From: Bacteroidota bacterium
GTDB lineage: Bacteria > Bacteroidota > Bacteroidia > Chitinophagales > Saprospiraceae
Reading direction: 5' to 3'
Assembly (NCBI GenBank): GCA_041159865.1
Contig: JBEAXK010000079.1
Coordinates: 67-64,066 of the forward strand
DNA length: 64,000 bases
Part shown: piece by piece, positions 18,901 to 25,232 of the stretch
Layout: every line of letters starts with the position of its first letter
Numbering within the stretch: position 1 is the first letter of the stretch
Notes under the pieces: generated by a model
Told to the model about the DNA's origin: nothing
Database searches by the model: none
Seen by the model: the letters and a program-made list of their open reading frames with translations, nothing else
Program-made: the position numbers and the translations under genes

Positions 18901-19298
18901 TCGGCATTAATATCCACAATGCTTACGCCAGTTGTCCAAACACCCTCACTTCCAATACCTGCCTGTATGGAGATATCTTTAAATTTAAAATTTCCTTTGT
19001 TTAGGAAAAGTTTGTTGGCCACTAAATTTCCAGAAAAAAAGATATCCAATAGGCCATCTTTATCAAAGTCACCTAAACCTACGCCACCACCATTATAAAA
19101 ATTCCGAAAAGTATAAGGATTAAGTTTTTCAGTATAGCTTAGTTCATTTATAAAATCGATACCAGTGTCTTTTGCTTCGTGCAAAAGAAATAATTTATTT
19201 GTTTTGATATTTTCGCTTGAGGAACAAGCATTTGTAATTAAGAGAAGAAGGAGAAAAACGGGAAGGTTTAATTGAATATTCCCTAAGTATGTATTCAT
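15921..19298 (-). CDS. FG-GAP/VCBS-repeat + UnbV/ASPIC domain lipoprotein (CRTAC1-like), paralog A
   Basis: 1125 aa with lipobox LITNACSSS. It aligns with paralog B along its whole length (YNGGGVGLGDFDKDGLLDIF, NGSAYGDLDNDGDLDLVINN, APMRGFMSSVDYRLNFGLGQDSIIDSLIIEWPD, AEAQFSPVY). Confidence 0.85.
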   Translation of the reverse strand: MNTYLGNIQLNLPVFLLLLLITNACSSSENIKTNKLFLLHEAKDTGIDFINELSYTEKLNPYTFRNFYNGGGVGLGDFDKDGLLDIFFSGNLVANKLFLNKGNFKFKDISIQAGIGSEGVWTTGVSIVDINADGWLDIYICKSGPPGGVNRHNELFINDGNGIGKIPTFTEMAKNYRLDDQGLSTHAAFFDFDKDGDLDLYLLNNSLRSIGGYDLRKDQRKIPDPDGGNKLYRNEGTFFSDVTLKAGIYSSAIGFGLGVTIGDINKDGWQDIYVSNDFFEKDYLYINNKNGSFSEKLEEYLQEISMGSMGADLADINNDALPEIFVTEMLPESDNRLKTTAQFEKWDKYQTNIIQGYYHQFSRNSLQLNNGPNANGEISFSEISRFSGVHATDWSWGALIFDMDLDGLKDIFVANGIYKDLLDQDYVNFIGNPDLVRQIILQKKQVIKQLIDSIPSNKIPNFSFKNEGSYQFSNKAKDWGLDLPSHSNGSAYGDLDNDGDLDLVINNVNMPSFIYENKSTTLLKNHHFLTLNLVGEGLNTFALGSKIHLYSKNKIYYQELAPMRGFMSSVDYRLNFGLGQDSIIDSLIIEWPDDRQTKLYQVQTNKFLTVFQKEAKVFDKPRYHLATNKKNQLFFQEPIPKGVVFKHIESNYVDFDKERLRFNMISNEGPCTCSGDFNRDGLDDFYIGGARGQAGRLWIQHNTGQFKYLENTLFDEDKDSEDTGCVFFDADNDGFPELYVSSGSNEVNNSSLTLMDRLYVNKKGKSLVKSQQILPSPANLESTSAVKAADFDSDGDLDLFVGGRVSPNYYGQPVNSYLLQNDGKGNFKDVTSTYIPELKSLGMVTDAAWLDYNKDGKMDLIIVGEWMPVRLFIQLNGKFIDHSTQAGLQYTNGWYHSISVGDVNKDGFPDIVLGNHGLNSRFKASVTQPIRLYVNDFDNNGTVEQILTRYYDGKELPLHLRTDLVLQLPYLKKKYLRFTNYKNQGISDIFTKEQISSSLQLNAFNLSTSLFINNQGKKFMQKSLPAEAQFSPVYSLLTADFNKDGHLDILMGGNQSKAKPETGIYQGSYGLLLKGHGNGSFSVLKQNESGLFIKGEMRSLTTIRVNNKPNIIVGKNNDFPVFLSY

Positions 19299-19313
19299 AA
19301 GTAAATGAATGAA

Positions 19314-19354
19314 AAAAAGAAACTCCCGGAGGAATTCTTCGAGAGTTTCTTTTT
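19314..19354 (-). terminator. Intra-operon hairpin / partial terminator between susD and the first cargo gene
   Basis: 12-bp perfect stem aaaaagaaactc (19314-19325) / gagtttcttttt (19343-19354) with a 17-nt loop. On the transcribed (minus) strand the stem runs into a U-tract. It lies 19 nt after the susD stop codon. Confidence 0.5.
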
Positions 19355-19372
19355 AAAAAAATCAATGGATGA

Positions 19373-20962
19373 TTAATTATATCCAGGATTCTGCTTCAAT
19401 TTAGCATTTGAGTTTAATTGAGGCTTTGGAATTGGGAATATAATCTGGTGTGGTTTAGAAGCAGTTGATGGTTTTTCCCACCAGGCTCCACTCCATTTTC
19501 CAAAACGGATCTGGTCCTGACGACGAGTCATCTCAGCAAACATTTCACGACCTCTTTCTTCAAAGATTTGATCTAAAGTGAGCGTTGAGAAAGCATCTAC
19601 ACCAGCACGCTTACGTATTTGATTTACAAGTACGAGAGCTTTTGCTGTGTTGCCTCTTCTGAACTCAGCTTCAGCTAATGAAAGGATGATATCACCTAAA
19701 CGGAAGATAACAAAGTCATTACTCATGTTAGGGGTACCACCTACTTCATATTCGTATTTTCCAATACGAGCTCCACCTTGTCTCCAGGCATTTGGGAATA
19801 TCTGGTTAATTTGTGGAGTGAAGTTCAAAGGAGTTCCATCAGGGTCACCTGCATCGACACCTGGGTCTTGTGCGCGTGAACCATCAGGATTAAACTGAGG
19901 ACCTACAACGAAGTTTGATAAACGCTTGTCAAGGGTACCTGTTGATGGAGCAGTTGCTAAACCTTTCCATACATTACCTTGAGGGCCGGGATTTTTAGCA
20001 GGGTCGATATATGAATTATAAAATTCTTCTACAACAGAATAACCATTCCAAGGCTGGTCGGTAAGTTTATAAACACCTTGGCTTGCGTAGTGTAATGTCA
20101 TCATAGGCCAGTTAAAACCACCTGCGAAAACTTTATCATAAGCATAAACCATGATATTTTCTGATGATCCACCATTACGAACAGAGAAGTTATCAGAATA
20201 AGTAGATTGCAAGCTGAAAGGTCCTTTATCAACTATTTCCTGAGCGTCAGCCGCAGCTTCAGCCCATTTTGCCTGATTGATATAAACTTGTGAGTTTAAA
20301 TATAATTTGCAACGAATGGCTAATGCGGCCCATTTAGTCATACGACCATAAGTCTTCGAATCTTTAGAAGTTGGAAGAACAGGAATAACCGCATTCAATT
20401 CAGAAAGAATAAAGTTATAAACTTCTGCACGAGTGGCGTTAGCTGGTGCTTCTTTAGCTGTAAAATCTACTACTAAAGGAACATTTCCAAAAGCATCCAT
20501 AGCCCAATAGTACCATAAGGCACGAACTGCACGTAATTCAGCTATAAAGACTTTTGACTCAGGAGTTCCTAATTTTTCGAATGAGTAAATCAAACGATTT
20601 GCAGTATTAATACCGCCATAAAGGAAACCCCAGGAGTTGTTAAAAAAGTCATTATCAGAAGTAAAGTTATGCTGGTGTAAGTTTATAAGAATACCACCGT
20701 CATACCAGTCACCCCCTTTTGTGGTGATTACTAATTCGTCAGAAGAGATTTCACTCATGGACCATAAATTGCCATGGTTTCCTAAGCCGCCAAACGAAGC
20801 ATAAGCTTGTCCCAAAGCAGCAATAAACTCTTCGTCCGTTTTAAAGAAATTATCCGCAGTAATATCGCTGTACAATTCCTCTTCCAGGTTTGTACATGAT
20901 TGGATAGACAGTGTAAGCACAAATCCAACCAATAATATGCGTTTAAAGAATAAATTTTGCAT
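19373..20962 (-). CDS. susD: SusD/RagB-family nutrient-binding outer-membrane lipoprotein
   Basis: 529 aa with lipobox LSIQSCTN. It has the TPR-like SusD N-terminal pattern (ITADNFFKTDEEFIAALGQAYA) and a typical C-terminal region (RGREMFAEMTRRQDQIRFGKW....IFPIP...L..N..L.QNPGY). It sits 19 nt downstream of susC. Confidence 0.9.
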   Translation of the reverse strand: MQNLFFKRILLVGFVLTLSIQSCTNLEEELYSDITADNFFKTDEEFIAALGQAYASFGGLGNHGNLWSMSEISSDELVITTKGGDWYDGGILINLHQHNFTSDNDFFNNSWGFLYGGINTANRLIYSFEKLGTPESKVFIAELRAVRALWYYWAMDAFGNVPLVVDFTAKEAPANATRAEVYNFILSELNAVIPVLPTSKDSKTYGRMTKWAALAIRCKLYLNSQVYINQAKWAEAAADAQEIVDKGPFSLQSTYSDNFSVRNGGSSENIMVYAYDKVFAGGFNWPMMTLHYASQGVYKLTDQPWNGYSVVEEFYNSYIDPAKNPGPQGNVWKGLATAPSTGTLDKRLSNFVVGPQFNPDGSRAQDPGVDAGDPDGTPLNFTPQINQIFPNAWRQGGARIGKYEYEVGGTPNMSNDFVIFRLGDIILSLAEAEFRRGNTAKALVLVNQIRKRAGVDAFSTLTLDQIFEERGREMFAEMTRRQDQIRFGKWSGAWWEKPSTASKPHQIIFPIPKPQLNSNAKLKQNPGYN

Positions 20963-20981
20963 TGTTTGATTTTTTTGATTT

Positions 20982-23945
20982 TTAGAAACCTAAGTTGGCA
21001 CCTAAGGTGAAAATACGAGTAGTGAAGTAGGTTGATCTCCTCTCAATACCAGGTGATAACGGGTCGCCATTTTCAGAATCAGTAAATCTTACTTCTGGAT
21101 CAATACCTGTATAGCCAGTAATTAAGAAAGGATTTTGAGCAGAAAGATAGAAACGTATGCTTCTGATTCCTGATCCCGCTTTAACGTTCATTTTATAACC
21201 AATAGTCGCATTATCAAGCTTAATGAAATCACCTTTTTCAACGTGAGTGCTGTTAACTTGTGCTTTGGTAATTTTTTGGTCTAAATACTTTGTGTTAACA
21301 ACATTGTAATTGTTAACCGTTGTAGTTTCCAGGTTTTCGTAGAAACCACGGTAGCTATTCCATAATTCGTGACCAAAGGCACCTCTGAAGAATAAGTTTA
21401 CATCCCAGTTTCCAAAAGTAAAGGTATTATTGATACCAGCTGTTAAAGTAGGTAAGCCTTGTCCAACGACCGTTCTGTCATCGTCGCAATCGCAGAATTT
21501 ACCATCTCCGTTCAAATCTTTGAATTGAGGTGTTCCATTTGCATTTACACCAATCTGGATAGGTCCCCAGAATTGTCCTAATTCTTCTCCTTCTTTTACG
21601 CGGATTAAATTGGTGTTATTCTGACCAGGTGAACCCATACCAGCACGGAAAAGTACGCCACCATTACCAAAACTTAAATCACCAGAAGTTAAACTTTCAA
21701 CTTTTGTTTTGAAAGTAGCTAAGTTGATACCTGCTGTCCAGCTGAATTTTTCTTTATTTACAATGTTGTAATTCAAAGCTGCTTCTAAGCCTGTATTGGA
21801 TAATTCACCAATGTTTACTAAAGTTTGACCAAAGAGATTTGGTGGAACTGGTACGTCAACTAATAAAATCAAATCTTTTGTTGTTCTTGAATAGTAATCT
21901 ATAGTACCTGTTAAACGGTTGTCTAACATGGCAAAATCAACACCAAAGTCAATTTCGTTTTTAGTCTCCCAGGCTAAATCAGGATTTGCATTGGAAACTG
22001 GACCGTAAGTAGGAACATAAGCACCGTCAATAAAGAAGTTACCTTGACGGCCAAATCTTTGAAGAGAAGCATAAGAGCTTGTAGGCTGGTTACCAGTGAT
22101 ACCCCAGCTACCACGAAGTTTCAAGCTGTTTATACCTGGTAATTCAAATAAGTTAGATAAGGTAACACCTGCACTAACCGCAGGGAAAAGACCCCATTTG
22201 TTATTCGCACCAAAACGAGATGAACCTTCATAACGAGCACTTGCAGATAGGTAATAGGTTCCATCTATATTGATATTTGCACGTCCGAAGAAGGCAACTA
22301 ATCTGTTAGAGTTTTTATAACTACCTACACTTCCTAAACCGTTTGCGAAGTCTAATGCAGCTCCCATATTGTTATAGGTAAACGCATCTGTCAAGAAATT
22401 TCCTCCCTGCATGTAACTGCCTTCAAAAACGAAGTCTTGGTAGGAATATCCACCTAATAAAGTAACGTTAGAAGAAGCACCAATTGATTTATTGTAATTT
22501 AATGTTGCTTCTAATAACTCGTTATAACGCTCATTAGTGTATTTTGTAGCTAAACCTTTTCTACCAAATCCTCCTCCAAATTTTGAATTTTTTGGTGAAT
22601 AATCAGCTCTGAAATCAGATTCCCACTGACTTGAATAGAAAACACCAAAACGTAAATCATCCGTTAAACTGTAATCACCGCGTACACTGGTTAGAAGGCG
22701 AGAGTCTTTTCCATCATGAATATTTTGTTCTGCAATCGCCAGAGGATTGAAGAAATCAAATATATCACGTTGAGCATATCCCCCAAATCTTCCTCCAGCT
22801 GTAGCTGAAGTAGTCGTGTTATCATAAACTGGCATTGTCGGATTTGCAATCACTGCATATCTGAATGAGTTAGCATCACCATAAGTTGCTTCTCTTGTTG
22901 TAGAAGAAACATTGACCGTGAAAGTAGCCTTATCATTGAAAGCCAATTGAGTAAGATTTATTCTACCATTTAACTGGTTAAATCCTGAATTGATACCAAT
23001 ACCGTTCGCATCACGTAAGTTCAATGATGTACGGAAAGTCGTGTTGTTTACACCACCGCCTAATGAAAGGTTGTGAACCTGAGAATAACTGGTATTTGTA
23101 ACTAAATCTAACCAGTCTGTTGTTGCGCCTAAATTTGGTGCCCCAGGAATTTTACGAAACTCGTCAGCGGTCATAACTGGTATTTTCCTTGCAAGGCTTT
23201 CCATACCAACTGAACCATTATAATCGGCAGTTACCCTACCTGATTTTCCAGTTTTTGTTGTAATAAGGATTACACCACTTGAACCACGAGTACCATAGAT
23301 AGCTGCAGCAGAGCCGTCTTTTAATACATCAATAGAAGCAATGTCATTCGGGTCAACCGTACTCAATGAACCACCAATTACTCCGTCAATTACCACAAGT
23401 GGTTCTGCATTTGCACCCACAGTAGATACACCTCTCAGACGTATCTGGAAACCACCATTTGGGTCACCACCTGGACGTACAACGCTCAAACCTGCTACCT
23501 TACCTTGAAGTAGCTGGGCAGGGTCGTTTACGGTTCCCCTGTTGAAATCCTCAGATTTCAAACTGGTTACCGCACTGGTAATTTCCTTCTTCTTTTGAGT
23601 ACCATAACCAACCACAACTACCTCACTAAGAGCTTGTTGTTCAAATGCTAAACTTACATTGATTGTAGTACTGTTTCCTACAATCACATTTTGCGTAGCA
23701 TAGCCAGTAAAAGAAAAAGAAAGTGTTGCATTAGCTCCGACAGTAAGTGTATAACTACCGTCTAAGTCTGTAACAGTTCCATTGGAGGTTCCAACTTCAA
23801 CGACGTTAACGCCGATGAGTCCCTCTCCATTTCCTGCATCAATCACTTTTCCACTGATCTTGGTTCCCTGAGCATTAGCCATTCCAATTGCTAATACGCT
23901 AAGACACAAAACCGAGAAAACATGTTTCAGAAATCGTTGTCTCAT
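20982..23945 (-). CDS. susC: SusC/RagA-family TonB-dependent outer-membrane transporter
   Basis: 987 aa. Signal peptide, then a carboxypeptidase-regulatory-like domain (ISGKVIDAGNGEGLIGVNVVEVGTSNGTVTDLDGSYTL), plug (VVVGYGTQKKKEITSAV ... DPLVVIDGV), beta-barrel, and a C-terminal ...LGANLGF. There is no N-terminal STN/anti-sigma signalling extension. Confidence 0.9.
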   Translation of the reverse strand: MRQRFLKHVFSVLCLSVLAIGMANAQGTKISGKVIDAGNGEGLIGVNVVEVGTSNGTVTDLDGSYTLTVGANATLSFSFTGYATQNVIVGNSTTINVSLAFEQQALSEVVVVGYGTQKKKEITSAVTSLKSEDFNRGTVNDPAQLLQGKVAGLSVVRPGGDPNGGFQIRLRGVSTVGANAEPLVVIDGVIGGSLSTVDPNDIASIDVLKDGSAAAIYGTRGSSGVILITTKTGKSGRVTADYNGSVGMESLARKIPVMTADEFRKIPGAPNLGATTDWLDLVTNTSYSQVHNLSLGGGVNNTTFRTSLNLRDANGIGINSGFNQLNGRINLTQLAFNDKATFTVNVSSTTREATYGDANSFRYAVIANPTMPVYDNTTTSATAGGRFGGYAQRDIFDFFNPLAIAEQNIHDGKDSRLLTSVRGDYSLTDDLRFGVFYSSQWESDFRADYSPKNSKFGGGFGRKGLATKYTNERYNELLEATLNYNKSIGASSNVTLLGGYSYQDFVFEGSYMQGGNFLTDAFTYNNMGAALDFANGLGSVGSYKNSNRLVAFFGRANINIDGTYYLSASARYEGSSRFGANNKWGLFPAVSAGVTLSNLFELPGINSLKLRGSWGITGNQPTSSYASLQRFGRQGNFFIDGAYVPTYGPVSNANPDLAWETKNEIDFGVDFAMLDNRLTGTIDYYSRTTKDLILLVDVPVPPNLFGQTLVNIGELSNTGLEAALNYNIVNKEKFSWTAGINLATFKTKVESLTSGDLSFGNGGVLFRAGMGSPGQNNTNLIRVKEGEELGQFWGPIQIGVNANGTPQFKDLNGDGKFCDCDDDRTVVGQGLPTLTAGINNTFTFGNWDVNLFFRGAFGHELWNSYRGFYENLETTTVNNYNVVNTKYLDQKITKAQVNSTHVEKGDFIKLDNATIGYKMNVKAGSGIRSIRFYLSAQNPFLITGYTGIDPEVRFTDSENGDPLSPGIERRSTYFTTRIFTLGANLGF

Positions 23946-24211
23946 AAAATCTGGTTTAAAAAAATGCTTAATAAATGTTTAATCTTAATGATTTATTTAA
24001 AGTTTAAGTTTCAATTTGATTTTTCATTTTTATGTAAATGCAAATGGTTACACTTACTAAAATTAATGAAATTTCAATTTGGCGTCAAAAATAGATAATT
24101 TATCTATATAATATAACCAAAACATAAAATATTAACTCTTTTGCGATGAATGTAACCCTTTTATATTCCGTTTAACGAAATCCTATTTTCTTTCGCTGCT
24201 TTTAACGTGAA

Positions 24212-24703
24212 TTAAACTGTTTTGAATGGTATCCAGCGTTCTTTAAATTCATTTAGTGCTTTATTTTCTCTTTGATACATTTCTTCTTTTTCTATGTCGG
24301 TCTTATCTTTAAATCCACATAAATGTAAAATACCATGAATAATGACACGTAATAGTTCTTCTTCGAAGCTTACCTTATAAATTTGGGCGTTGTCCTGGAC
24401 TCTTTCGATACTAATGAATATGTCGCCTTCAATTGCTGGCGGTGGCGTATAAGGAAATGTAAGGATATCTGTTAAAGTGTCATGTTGCAGGTAACTGACA
24501 TTCAAGGAATGAAGATAATTATCACTGCAAAAGATGAAATTTACGAAATTTAATTGACAAGCGTACTCAAGGATGGTAGATTCAATCCAAAGGATCGTTT
24601 CCTTTGTTCTACTAAGTTCAAATTCAATATCTTCATTATAAAATGAAATTGGGGATGACTCATTTTCATCTTCTTCAGGGAAAACAAAATTTTTGTCATT
24701 CAT
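24212..24703 (-). CDS. ybeY: rRNA maturation endoribonuclease YbeY
   Basis: Carries the metal-binding motif HGILHLCGFKDK, the Bacteroidota variant of HGxLHLxGYDH. Size and order are as expected. The N-terminal ~20 aa may be an over-extension. Confidence 0.85.
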   Translation of the reverse strand: MNDKNFVFPEEDENESSPISFYNEDIEFELSRTKETILWIESTILEYACQLNFVNFIFCSDNYLHSLNVSYLQHDTLTDILTFPYTPPPAIEGDIFISIERVQDNAQIYKVSFEEELLRVIIHGILHLCGFKDKTDIEKEEMYQRENKALNEFKERWIPFKTV

Positions 24704-25086
24704 ATTTTGAAATGCATTTCGACGGTACGACCATTATCCTTATATTGAATCTGATCGCACAATCTTTGCATTAAAAAAACACCTCTGCCACCACACTTAC
24801 AAATATTTTCGTCACAAGTTGGGTCGGGTACAGCGGCAGGATCAAATCCACATCCCTGATCAGAAACACGAATGGCTATGGTATCTGATTTTTTTTGCCA
24901 GTTTATTTTGACTACCTTATTTTCATCATAATGATTGCCATGAGATATGGCGTTGGTTACTGCTTCCGTTAAGGAAATCAGCATATTGCCGTGGACTTCT
25001 TGGCTTATCTTGTACTGATGAACTACATCTTGTACGATGCTGTCAAGCACATTAATGCTCCTTAGATTAGAGGGAAGTTTAAGCAT
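24700..25086 (-). CDS. HATPase_c-type anti-sigma-factor-like serine kinase (RsbW/SpoIIAB-like ATP-binding protein)
   Basis: 128 aa with N-box LTEAVTNAISHG, G1 DQGCGFD and G2 GGRGVFLM. Its stop overlaps the ybeY start (ATGA, 24700-24703). Confidence 0.7.
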   Translation of the reverse strand: MLKLPSNLRSINVLDSIVQDVVHQYKISQEVHGNMLISLTEAVTNAISHGNHYDENKVVKINWQKKSDTIAIRVSDQGCGFDPAAVPDPTCDENICKCGGRGVFLMQRLCDQIQYKDNGRTVEMHFKI

Positions 25087-25171
25087 GATACACTACAATT
25101 AGGTTCCAAAATAATTAGACGATTTGTAGCCGTCTAACCAAATCAAGTAGTGTTCACGGGATTATAGTTGC

Positions 25172-25218
25172 AAAAGTATATCCGAAATGTGAGAAAGTCA
25201 ATTTTCGGATATACTTTT
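25172..25218 (-). terminator. Rho-independent terminator of the 1118-aa gene (bidirectional architecture)
   Basis: Perfect 16-bp inverted repeat aaaagtatatccgaaa (25172-25187) / tttcggatatactttt (25203-25218) with a 15-nt loop and A/T runs on both sides. It starts 14 nt after the stop codon at 25233. Confidence 0.65.
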
Positions 25219-25232
25219 TTACCAAGGCTATT

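Noticed and set aside
9160-19004. Antisense or alternative-frame ORFs nested in the FG-GAP/ASPIC genes (9160-9543, 10652-10914, 11466-11905, 13128-13316, 18741-19004)
   Set aside because: All are fully contained in long, well-supported ORFs with strong repeated protein motifs. Their translations show no motifs and look like frame artefacts.
24042-24163. Short inverted repeat ggttaca / tgtaacc flanking about 100 nt of the susC upstream region, considered as an invertible promoter. There is also a TATTTTTG box on the minus strand (complement of 24086-24093).
   Set aside because: The repeat is only 7 bp in AT-rich DNA, which is expected by chance. No recombinase gene is nearby. The promoter box has a non-ideal spacing to the nearest TTTG, so it is too weak to report as a feature.
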